Origin: Squalus acanthias
Lineage: Eukaryota
Assembly: GCA_030390025.1 (NCBI GenBank)
Contig: JASTWF010000034.1
Location: forward strand, 4,898,001-4,962,000
Reading direction: 5' to 3'
DNA length: 64,000 bases
The stretch's first letter is position 1; the number at the start of each line of letters is the position of its first letter. Positions 34,067 to 46,400 of this stretch are shown here, piece after piece. The notes under the pieces are model-generated. The model was not told where the DNA came from, searched no databases, and worked only from the letters and a program-made list of their open reading frames with translations. The translations under genes were made by a program, and so were the position numbers.

Positions 34067-37000
34067 CGATCACAGAATGGGGGTTTTACTGGTCCCGGAG
34101 GGTATGTCCAATCACAGACCCAGGGGTTTGACTGGTCCCGGGGGCTGTGTTTGATCACAGAGCCGTGGGTTTGACTGGTCCCGGGGGGGTGTCTGATCAC
34201 AGAGCCGGGGGTTTGACTGGTCCCGGGGCTGTGTCTGATCACAGAGCCGGGGGTTTGACTGGTCCCGGGGGTGTGTCCGATCACAGACCCGGGGGTTTGA
34301 CTGGTCCCGGGGGTGTGTCTGATCACAGAGCCGGGGGTTTCACTGGTCCCGGGGGTGTGTCTGATCACAGAGCCGGGGGTTTGACTGGTCCCGGGGGTGT
34401 GTCTGATCACAGACCCGGGGGTTTGACTGGTCCCGGGTGGGTGTCTGATCACAGAGCCGGGGGTTTGACTGATCCTGGGGCTGTGTTTGATCACAGAGCC
34501 GTTGGTTTGACTGGTCCCGGGGGGTGTGTCCGATCACAGAGCCGGGGGTTTGACTGGCCCTGGGGGTGATTTTGATCACACAGCCGGGGGTTTGACTGGT
34601 CCCGGGGGTGTGTCCGATCACAGAGCCGGGGGATTGACTGGTCCCGGGGGTGTGTCCGATCACAGAGCCGGGGGTTTGACTGGTCCCAGGGGTGTGCTTG
34701 ATCAAAGAGCCGGGGGTTTGACTGTTCCCGAGGGTGTGTCCGATCACAGAGCCGGGGGTTTGACTGTTCCCGAGGGTGTGTCCGATCACAGAGCCGGGGG
34801 TTTGACTGGTCCTGGGGGTGTGTCTGATCACCGAGCCGGGGGTTTGACTGGTCCCAGGGGTGTGTCCGATCACAGACCCGGGGGTTTGACTGGTCCCGGG
34901 GGTGTGTCCAATCAGAGAGCCAGAGTTTGACTGGTCCCGGGGTATGTGTCCGATCACAGATCCAGGGGTTTGACTGGTCCTGGGGCTGTGTCTGATCACT
35001 GAGCCGTGGGTTTGACTGGTCCCGGGGGTGTGTCTGATCACAGAGCCGGGGGTTTGACGGGTCCCGGGGCTGTGTTTGATCACAGAGCCGGGGGATTGAC
35101 TGGTCCCGGGGGTGTGTCCGATCACACAGCCGGGGGTTTGACTGGTCCCGGGGGTGTGTCCGATCACAGAGCCGGGGGATTGACTGGTCCCGGGGGTGTG
35201 TTTGATCACAGAGCCGGGGGTTTGACTGGCCCCGGGGGGTGAGTCCAATCACAGAGCCGGGGGTTTGACTGGTCCCGGGGGTGTGTCCGATCACAGAGCC
35301 GGGGGATTGACTGGTCCCGGCGGTGTGTCCGATTACAGAGCCGGGGTTTTGACTGGTCCTGGGGGTGTGTCCGATCACAGAGCCGGGTGTTTGACTGGTC
35401 CCGGGGGGGGTGTCCAATCACAGAGCCGGGGGTTTGCCTGGTCCTGGGGGTGTGTTTGATCACAGAGCCGGGGGTTTGACTGGTCCCGGGGGTGTGCCCG
35501 ATCACAGAGCCAGGGGATTGACTTGTCCCGGGGCTGTGTTTGATCACAGAGCCGGGGATTTGACTGGTCCCGGGGGGTGTGTCCAATCACAGAGCCGGGA
35601 GTTTGACTGGTCCCGGGTGTGTGCTTGATCACAGAGCCTTGGGTTTGACTGGTCCCGGGGTTGTGTCTGATCACAGAGCCGGGATTTTGACTGGTCCTGG
35701 GGGTGTGTCTGATCACAGAGCCGGTGGTTTGACTGGTCCCGGGGGTGTGTCCGATCACAGACCCGGGGGTTTTACAGGTCCTGGGGGTGTGTCCAATCAC
35801 AGAGCCAGGGTTTGACTGGTCCCGGGGTGTGTATCCGATCGCAGACCCATGAGTTTGACTGGTCCTGGGGCTGTGTCTGATCACTGAGCCGGGGGATTGA
35901 CTGGTCCCGGGGGTGTATCTGATCACAAAGCCGGGGGATTGACTGGTCCTGGGGGTGTGTCCGATCACACAGACCGGGGTTTGACTGGTCCCGGGGGTGT
36001 GTCCGATCACAGAGCCGGGGGATTGACTGGTCCCGGGGGTGTGTTTGATCACAGAGCCGGGGTTTGACTGGTCCCGGGGGGTGTGTTTGATCACAGAGCC
36101 GGGGGTTTGACTGGTCCCGGGGGTGTGTCCGATCACAGAGCCGGGGGTTTGACTGGTCCTGGGGGTGTGTCCAATCACAGAGCCAGGGTTTGACTGGTCC
36201 CGGGGTATGTTTCCGATCACAGATCCAGGGGTTTGACTGGTCCCGGGGGTGTGTTTGATCACAGAGCCGGGTGTTTGACTGGTCCCGGGGGGGTGTCCAA
36301 TCACAGAGCCGGGGGTTTGACTGGTCCCGGGGTTGTGCTTGATCACAGAGACGGGGGTTTGACTGGTACCGGGGGTGTGTCTGATCACACAGCTGGGGGT
36401 TTGACTGGTCCTGGGGGTGTTCCTGATCACAGAGCCGGGGGTTTGACTGGTCCCGGGTGTGTGTCCGATTACAGACCCGGTGGTTTTACAGGTCCTGGGG
36501 GTGTGCCCAATCACAGAGCCAGGGTTTGACTGGTCCCGGTTGGTGTGTCTGATCACAGAGCCGGGGGTTTGACTTGTCCCGGGGTTTGTGTCCGATCACT
36601 GACCCGGGGGTTTTACAGGTCCTGGGGGTGTGTCCAATCACAGTGCCGGGGGTTTGACTGGTCACGGGGGGTGTGTTTGATCACTGAGCCGGGGGTTTGA
36701 CTGGTCCTGGGGGTGTGTTTGATCACAGAGCCGTTGGTTTGACTGGTCCCGGGGGGTGTGTCCGATCACAGAGCCGGGGGTTTGACTGGCCCTGGGGGTG
36801 ATTTTGATCACACAGCCGTGGGTTTGACTGGTCCCGGGGTTGTGTCCGATCACAGAGCCGGGGGATTGACTGGTCCCGGGGGTGTGTCCGATCACAGAGC
36901 CGGGTGTTTGACTGGTCCCAGGGGTGTGCTTGATCAAGGAGCCGGGGGTTTGACTGGTCCCGGGGTTGTGTCTGATCACAGAGCCGGGAGTTTGACTGTT

Positions 37001-40000
37001 CCCGAGGGTGTGTCCGATCACAGAGCCGGGGGTTTGACTGTTCCCGAGGGTGTGTCCGATCACAGAGCCGGTGGTTTGACTGGTCCTGGGGGTGTGTCTG
37101 ATCACCGAGCCGGGGGTTTGACTGGTCCCAGGGGTGTGTCCGATCACAGACCCGGGGGTTTGACTGGTCCCGGGGGTGTGTCCAATCAGAGAGCCAGAGT
37201 TTGACTGGTCCCGGGGTATGTGTCCGATCACAGATCCAGGGGTTTGACTGGTCCTGGGGCTGTGTCTGATCACTGAGCCGTGGGTTTGACTGGTCCCGGG
37301 GGTGTGTCTGATCACAGAGCCGGGGGTTTGACGGGTCCGGGGCTGTGTTTGATCACAGAGCCGGGGGATTGACTGGTCCCGGGGGTGTGTTTGATCACAG
37401 AGCCGGGGGTTTGACTGGCCCCGGGGGGTGAGTCCAATCACAGAGCCGGGGGTTTGACTGGTCCCGGGGGTGTGTCCGATCACAGAGCCGGGGGATTGAC
37501 TGGTCCCGGGTGTGTGTTTGATCACAGATCCGGGGGATTGACTGGTCCCGGGGGTGTGTCCGATTACAGAGCCGGGGTTTTGACTGGTCCTGGGGGTGTG
37601 TCCGATCACAGAGCCGGGTGTTTGACTGGTCCCGGGGGGGTGTCCAATCACAGAGCCGGGGGTTTGACTGGTCCTGGGGGTGTGTTTGATCACAGAGCCG
37701 GGGGTTTGACTGGTCCCGGGGGTGTGCCCGATCACAGAGCCAGGGGATTGACTTGTCCCGGGGCTGTGTTTGATCACAGAGCCGGGGATTTGACTGGTCC
37801 CGGGGGGTGTGTCCAATCACAGAGCCGGGAGTTTGACTGGTCCCGGGTGTGTGCTTGATCACAGAGCCTTGGGTTTGACTGGTCCCGGGGTTGTGTCTGA
37901 TCACAGAGCCGGGAGTTGGACTGGTCCTGGGGGTGTGTCTGATCACAGAGCCGGGGGTTTTACTGGTCCCGGGGGTGTGTCCGATCACAGACCCGGGGGT
38001 TTTACAGGTCCTGGGGGTGTGTCCAATCACAGAGCCAGGGTTTGACTGGTCCCGGGGTGTGTATCCGATCGCAGACCCATGAGTTTGACTGGTCCTGGGG
38101 CTGTGTCTGATCACTGAGCCGGGGGATTGACTGGTCCCGGGGGTGTGTCTGGTCACAAAGCCGGGGGATTGACTGGTCCTGGGGGTGTGTCCGATCACAG
38201 AGCCGGGGGATTGACTGGTCCCGGGGGTGTGTCCGATCACAGAGCCGGGGGTTTGACTGGTCCCAGGGGTGTGCTTGATCACAGAGCCGGGGGTTTGACT
38301 GGTCCCGGGGTTGTGTCTGATCACAGACCCAGGGGATGTACAGGTCCTGGGGGTGTGTCCAATCACAGAGCCAGGGTTTGACTGGTCCCGGGGTATGTTT
38401 CCGATCACAGATCCAGGGGTTTGACTGGTACTGGGACTGTGTCTGATCACTGAGCCGGGGGTTTGACTGGTCCCGGGGGTGTGTCTGATCACAGAGCCGG
38501 GGGTTTGACTGGTCCCGGGGCTGTGTTTGATCACAGAGCCGGGGGATTGACTGGTCTCGGGGGTGTATCCGATCACACAGCCTAGGGTTTGACTGGTCCC
38601 GGGGGGGTGTCCGATCACAGATCCGTGGGATTGACTGGTCCCGGGGGTGTGTTTGATCACAGAGCCGGGGTTTGACTGGTCCCGGGGGGTGTGTCCAATC
38701 ACAGAGCCGGGGGTTTGACTGGTCCCGGGGGTGTGTCCGATCACAGAGCCGGGGGTTTGACTGGTCCCGGGTGTGTGTTTGATCACAGAGCCGGGGGATT
38801 GACTGGTCCCGGGGGTATGTCCGATCACAGAGCCGGGGGTTTGACTGGTACCGGGGGTGTGTCTGATCACACAGCTGGGGGTTTGACTGGTCCTGGGGGT
38901 GTGTCTGATCACAGAGCCGGGGGTTTGACTGGTCCCGGGTGTGTGTCCGATTACAGACCCGGTGGTTTTACAGGTCCTGGGGGTGTGCCCAATCACAGAG
39001 CCAGGGTTTGACTGGTCCCGGTTGGTGTGTCTGATCACAGAGCCGGGGGTTTGACTTGTCCCGGGGTTTGTGTCCGATCACAGACCCGGGGGTTTTACAG
39101 GTCCTGGGGGTGTGTCCAATCACAGTGCCGGGGGTTTGACTGGTCACGGGGGGTGTGTTTGATCACTGAACCGGGGGTTTGACTGGTCCTGGGGGTGTGT
39201 CTGATCACTGAGCCGGGGGTTTGACTGGTCCTGGGGTTGTGTCTGATCACAGAGCCGGGAGTTTGACTGGTCCTGGGGGTGTGTCTGATCACAGAGCTGG
39301 GGGTTTTACAGGTCCTGGGTTGTGTCCAATCACAGAGCCAGGGTTTGACTGGTCCCGGGGTGGGGTGTCCAATCAAAGAGCCGGGGGTTTGAATGGTCCC
39401 GCGGGTGTCTTTGATCACAGAGCAGGGGGTTTGACAGGTCCCGGGGGGTGTGTCCAATCACAGAGCCGGGGATTTGACTGGTCCCGGGGGGGTGTCCGAT
39501 CACAGAGCTGGGGGTTTGACTGGTCCCGGGTGTGTGTTTGATCACAGAGCCGGGGGATTAACTGGTCCCGGGGGTGTGTTTGATCACAGAGCCGGGGTTT
39601 TGACTTTTCCCGTGGGGTGTGTCCAATCACAGAGCCGGGGGTTTGACTGTTCCCGGGGGTGTGTCCGATCACAGAGCTGGGGGTTTCACTGGTCCCGGGG
39701 GTGTGTTTGATCACAGAGCCGGGGGTTTGACAGGTCCCGCGGGTGTGTTTGATCACAGAGCCGGGTGTTTGACTGGTCCCTGGGGTGTGTCCAATCGCAG
39801 AGCCGGTGGTTTGACTAGTCCCGGGGGTGTGCTTGATCACAGAGCCGGGGGTTTGACTGGTCCCGGGGGTGTGTCTGATCACAGAGCCGTGGATTTGACT
39901 GGTCCCGGGGGTGTGTCTGATCACAGAGCCGTGGTTTTGACTGGTCCCGGGGGTGTGTCTGATCACAGATCCAGGGGTTTGACAGGTCCTGGGGCTGTGT

Positions 40001-40070
40001 CTGATCACAGAGCCGGGGGTTTGACTGGTCCTGCGAGTGTGTTTAATTACAGTGCTGGGGATTTGACGTC
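34067..40070. repeat. 42-bp GC-rich satellite, subfamily A
   Basis: Consensus gatcacagagccgggggtttgactggtcccgggggtgtgtcc. About 140 monomers, with a ~2.2-2.5 kb higher-order duplication. Confidence 0.97.
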
Positions 40071-40400
40071 ATAGGTGTTTGACTGGTCCCAGGGGTGTGC
40101 TTGGTCATGGCCCTGGGTGTTTGACTGGTCCCAGTGGTTAGACTGGTCACGGGAGTTTGACCAGTCCCAGGAGTTTGACCTGTCTCGGAGTTCTGTCCGA
40201 TCACGGACCCAGGGGTTTGACCAGTCTCGGTGGTGTGTCCAATCAAAGATCCGGGTGTTTGACCGGTCCCAGGAGTGTTTCACATCATGGACTCAGGATT
40301 TTGCACAGACCAAGTGGTTTGATTTGTGCCGGGGATGTGTCTGATCACGGACCCGGAGGTATGACCGGTCCCGCGGGTGTGTCCAATCATTGAATCGGAC
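40071..40400. repeat. diverged transition zone between satellite subfamilies A and B
   Basis: Irregular monomers, including the CpG-intact forms gatcacggaccc and gaccggtc. Confidence 0.85.
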
Positions 40401-43400
40401 GTTTGACCAGTCCCCGGGGCTGTGTCCGATCATGGACTCTGGCGTTTGACCAGTCCCCGGGCTGTGTCCGATCATGGACTCGGGCGTATGACTGGTCTCG
40501 CCGGTGTCCGATCATGGACTCGGGCGTTTGACCGGTGTCGCGGGTGTGTCCGATCATGGACTCGGGCGTTTGAACAATCCCTGGGGCTGTGTCCGATCAT
40601 GGACTCGGGCGTTTGACCAGTCCCCGGGGCTGTGTCCGATCATGGACTCGGGCGTTTGACCAGTCCTTGGGGTGTGTCCGATCATGGACTCGGGCGTTTA
40701 ACCACTCCCCTGGGCTGTGTCCGATCATGGACTCGGGCATTTAACCAGTCCCTGGGGCTGTGTACGATCATGCACTCGAGCGTTTGACCAGTCCCCGGGG
40801 TGTGTCTGATCATGGACTCGGGCGTTTAACCAGTCTCTGAGGCTGTGTAAGATCATGGACTCGGGCGTTTGACCAGTCCCCGGGGTTTGTCTGATCATGG
40901 ACTCGGGCGTTTCACCAGTCCCCGGGGTTTGTCCGATCATGGATTCGAGCGTTTGACCATTCCCCGGGGCTGTGTCCGATCATGGACTCGGGCATTTAAC
41001 CACTACCCAGGGCTGTGTCCGATCATGGACTCGGGCGTTTAACCAGTCCCTGGGGCTGTGTACGATCATGCACTCGAGCGTTTGACCATCCCCGGGGTGT
41101 GTTCGATCATGGACTCGGGCGTTTAACCAGTCCCTGGGGCTGTGTACGATCATGGACTCGGGCGTTTGACCAGTCCCCGGGGTGTGTCCGATCATGGACT
41201 CGGGCGTTTAACCAGTCCCTGAGGCTGTGTACGATCATGGACTCGGGCGTTTGACCAGTCCCCGGGGTTTGTCCGATCATGGATTCGAGCGTTTGACCAT
41301 TCCCCGGGGCTGTGTCCGATCATGGACTCAGGCTTTTGACCAGTCCCCGGGGCTGTGTATGATCATGGACTCGGGCGTTTGACCAGTCCCCGGTGTGTGT
41401 CCAATGATGGACTCGGGCGTTTGACCAGTCCCCGGGGTTTGTCCGATCATGGACTCGAGCGTTTGACCAGTCCCCGGGGCTGTGTCCGATAATGGACTCG
41501 GCGATTGACCAGTCCCAGGGGCTGTGTACGATCATGGACTCGGGCGTTTGACCAGTCCCCGCGGGTGTGTCCGATCATGGACTCGGGCGTTTGTCCAGTC
41601 CCCGGTGTGTGTCCGATCAAGGACTCGGGCGTTTGACTACTCCCCGTGGGTGTGTCCGATCATGGTCTCGGGCATTTGACCTGTCCCCGGGGTGTGACCG
41701 ATCATGGACTCGGGCGTTTGACCAGTCCCCGGGGTGTGACCGATCATGGACTCGGGCGTTTGACCAGTCCCCGGGGCTGTGTCCGATCATGCACTCCGGT
41801 GTTTCACCAGTCCCCGCTACTTGTCCGATCATGGACTCATGCGTTTGATCAGTCCCCGGGGTGTGTCCGATCATGGAGTCAGGCATTTGACCAGTCCCCG
41901 GGGCTGTGTTCGATCATGGACTCGGGCGTTTAACCAGATCCCGGGGTTTGTCCGATCATGGACTCGAGCGTTTGACCAGTCCCCGGGGCTGTGTCCGATA
42001 ATGGACTCGGCATTTCACCAGTCCCAGGGGCTGTGTACGATCATGTACTCGGGCGTTTGACCAGTCCCCGGGGTTTGTCTGATCATGGACTCGGGCGTTT
42101 CACCAGTCCCCGGGGTTTGTCCAATCATGGACTCGGGCGTTTGACCAGTCCCCGGGGTGTGTCCGATCATGGACTCGGGTGTTTGACCAGTCCCCGGGGT
42201 GTGTCCGATCATGGACTCATGCGTTTGACCAGACCCCGGGGTTTGTCCAATCATGGACTCGAGCGTTTGACCAGTCCCCGGGGCTGTGTCCGATAATGGA
42301 CTCGGCGTTTCACCAGTCCCAGGGGCTGTGTACGATCATGGACTCGGGCGTTTGACCAGTCACCGCGTGTGTGTCCGATCATGGACTCGGGCGTTTGTCC
42401 AGTCCCTGGGGTGTGTCCGATCATGGACTCAGGCGTTTGTCCAGTCCCTGGTGTGTGTCCGATCAAGGACTTGGGCGTTTGACCAGTCCCCGTGGGTGTG
42501 TGCGATAATGGTCTCGGGCATTTGACCTGTCCCCGGGGTGTGACCGATCATGGACTCGGGCGTTTGACCAGTCCCCGGGGTGTGACCGATCATGGACTTG
42601 GGCATTTGACCAGTCCCCGGGGTGTGTCCGTTCATGGACTTGTGCGTATGACCAGTCCCCGGGCTGTGTCCGATCATGGACTCGGGCGTTTGACCAGTCC
42701 CCGGGGTGTGTCCGTTCATGGACTTGGGCGTTTGACCAGTCCCCGGGGTGTGTTCGATCATGGTCTCTGGCGTTTGACCAGTCCCCGGGGCTGTGTCCGA
42801 TCATGCACTCCGGTGTTTCACCAGTCCCCGCTTCTTGTCCGATCATGGACTCATGCGTTTGATCAGTCCCCGGGGCTGTGTCCGATAATGGACTCGGCGT
42901 TACACCAGTCCCAGGGGCTGTGTACGATCATGGACTCGGGCGTTTGACCAGTCCCCGCCGGTGTGTCCGTTCATGGACTCGGGCGTTTGTCCAGTCCCCG
43001 GTGTGTGTCCGATCAAGGACTCGGGCGTTTGACCAGTCTCCGTGGGTGTGTCCGATCATGGTCTCGGGCGTTTGACCAGTCCCCGGGATGTGACCGATCA
43101 TGGACTCGGGTGTATGTCCAGTCCGCGGGCTGTGTCCGATCATGAACTCGGCCGTTTGACCAGTCCCCGGGGTGTGTCCGATAATGGACTCGGGCGTTTG
43201 ACCATTCCCCATGGTGTGTCCGATCATGGACTCAGGCGTCTGACCAGTCCCCGGGGCTATGTCCGATCATGGACTCGGCTGTTTGACCAGTTCCCGGGGT
43301 GTGTCCGATCGTGGACTCGGGTGTTTGACCAGTCCCCGGGGCTGTGTCCGATCATGGACTCGAGCATTTGACCAGTCCCCGGGGCTGTGTCCGATAATGG

Positions 43401-46400
43401 ACTCGGGCATTTGACCAGTCCCGGGGGTGTGTCCGATCATGGACTCGGGCGTTTAACCAGTCCCTGAGGCTGTGTACGATCATGGACTCGGGCGTTTGAC
43501 CAGTCCCCGGGATTTGTCCGATCATGGATTCGAGCGTTTGACCATTCCCCGGGGCTGTGTCCGATCATGGACTCACGCTTTTGACCAGTCCCCGGGGCTG
43601 TGTATGATCATGGACTCGGGCATTTGAACTGTCCCCGGTGTGTGTCCAATCATGGACTCGGGCTTTTGACCAGTCCCCGGGTTGTGTCCGATCATGGACT
43701 CGGGTGTTTGACCAGTCCCCGGGGCTGAGTCCGATCATGGACTCGGGCGTTTGACCAGTCCCCGGGGCTGTGTCCGATCATGGACTCAGGCGTTTAACCA
43801 GACCCCGGGGTTTGTCCGATCATGGACTCGAGCGTTTGACCAGTCCCCGGGGCTGTGTCCGGTAATGGACTCGGCGTTTCACCAGTCCCAGGGGCTGTGT
43901 ACGATCATGGACTCGGGCGTTTGACCAGTCCCCGCCGGTGTGTCCGTTCATGGACTTGGGCGTTTGTCCAGTCCCCGGTGTGTGTCCGATCAAGGACTCG
44001 GGCGTTGACCAGTCCCCGAGGGTGTGTCCGATCATGGTCTCGGGCGTTTGACCTGTCCCCGGGGTGTGACCGTTCATGGACTCGGGTGTCTGAGCAGTCC
44101 TTGGGGTGTGCCCGTTCATGGACTTGGGCGTATGTCCAGTCCGCGGGCTGTGTCCGATCATGAACTCGGCCGTTTGACCAGTCCCCGGGGTGTGTCCGAT
44201 CATGGACTCGGGCGTTTGACCATTCCCCATGGTGTGTCCGATCATGGACTCAGGCATCTGACGAGTCCCCGAGGTGAGTCCGATCATGTACTCGGGCGTT
44301 TGACCAGTCCCCGGGGCTGTGTCCGATCATGGACTTGAGCATTTGACCAGTCCCCGGGGCTGTGTCCGATAATAGACTCGGGCGTTTGACCAGTCCCCGG
44401 GGTGTGTCCGATCATTGACTCGGGCATTTGTCCAGTCCCCGGTGTGTGTCCGATCAAGGACTCGGGCGTTTGACCAGTCCCCGTGGGTGTGTCCGATCAT
44501 GGTCTCGGGCGTTTGACCAGTCCCCGGGGTGTGTCCGTTCATGGACTTGGGCGTATGACCAGTCCGCGTGCTGTGTCCGATCATGGACTCGGCCGTTTGA
44601 CCAGTCCCCGGTGTGTGTCCGATCATGGACTCGGGCATTTGTCCAGTCCCCGGCGTGTGTCCGATCATGGTCTCGGGCGTTTGACAGTCCCCGGGGTGTG
44701 TCCGATCATGGACTCGGGCATTTGACCAGTCCCCGGGGTGTGTCCGATCATGGACTCGGGCGTTTGACCATTCCCCAGGGTGTGTCCGATCATTGACTCG
44801 GGCGTCTGACCACTCCCCAGTGTGTGTCCGATCATGGACTCGGGGGTTTTACAAGTCCAAGCGGGTTGTCCGATCATGGACTTGGGCATTTGTCCAGTCC
44901 CCAGGGTGTTTCCGATCATGGACTCGGGCGTTTGACCAGTCCCCGGGGTGTGTCCGATCATGGACTCGGGCGTTTGACCAGTCGCTGGGGTGTGTCCGAT
45001 CATGGACTCGTGTGTTTGACCAGTCCCCGGGGTGTATCCGATCATGGACTCGGGCGTTTGGCCAGTCCCCGGGGCTGTGTCCGAACATGGACTCGGGCGT
45101 TTGGCCAGTCCCCGGGGCTGTGTCCGATCATGGACTCGGGCGTTTGACTTGTCCCAGTGATGTGTCTGATCATGGACTCGGGCGTTTGACCAGTCCCCGG
45201 TGTGTGTCCGATCATGGACTTGGCTGTTTGACTTGTCCCAGTGATGTGTCTGATCACGGAGCCGGGGGTTTGACCGGTCGTGTGGATGTCCAATCACAGA
45301 CCCGGGGTTTTGACCGGTCCCTGCAGTGTGTCTGATCACGGACCCAGGGAATTGACCTGTCCCGGGGGTGCAGCCGATCAGAGAAGCGGGTTTTGACTGG
45401 TCCTAGGGTTTTTACCGGTCCCTGGGTTGTGTCCGATCACAGTCCCGGGGTTTTTTACCGGTCCCTGGGTTGTGTCCAATCACAGTGCCGGGGTTTTTTT
45501 ACCGGTCCCTGGGTTGTGTCCGATCACAGTCCCGGGGATTTTTACCGGTCCCTGGGTTGTGTCCGATCACAGTCCCGGGGTTTTTTTACCGGTCCCTGGG
45601 TTGTGTCCGATCACAGTCCCGGGGTTTTTTTACCCGTCCCTGGGTTGTGTCCGATCACAGTCCCGGGGGTTTTTACCGGTCCCTGGGTTGTGTCAGATCA
45701 CAGTCCCGGGGATTTTTACCGGTCCCTGGGTTGTGTCCGATCACAGTCCCGGGGTTTTGTCCAGTCCCGTTAATTATACCATTCCCCGGGGTGTGTCCGA
45801 TCATGGACTCGGGCGTTTGACCGGTCCCGCGTGTGTGACCGATCATGGACTCGGCGTTTGACCTGCCCCGGGGCTGTGTCCGATCATGGACTCGGGCGTT
45901 TGAACAGTCCCCGGGGTGTGTCCGATTATGGACTTGGGCATTTGTCCAGTCCCCAGCGTGAGTGCGATCATGGACATGGGCGTTTGACCAGTCCCCGGGG
46001 TGTGTGCGATCATGGACATGGGCGTTTGACAAGTCCCCGGGGTGTGTCCGATCATGGACTCGGGCGTTTTACCAGTCGCAGGGGTGTGTGCGATCATGGA
46101 CATGGGCGTTTGACAAGTCCCCGGGGTGTGTCCGATCATGGACTCAGGCGTTTTACCAGTCCCAGGGGTGTGTCCGATCATGGACTCGGGCGTTTGGCCA
46201 GTCCCCGGGGCTGTGTCCGATCATGTCCTCGGGCGTTTGACTTGTCGCAGTGATGTGTCTGATCATGGACTCGGGCGTTTGACCTGTCCCGCGAGTGTGA
46301 CCGATCATGGACTCGGGCGTTTGACCAGTCCCCGGGGTGTGACCGATCATGGACTCGGCATTTGACCCGTCCCCGGGGCTGTGTCAGATCATGCCCTCCG

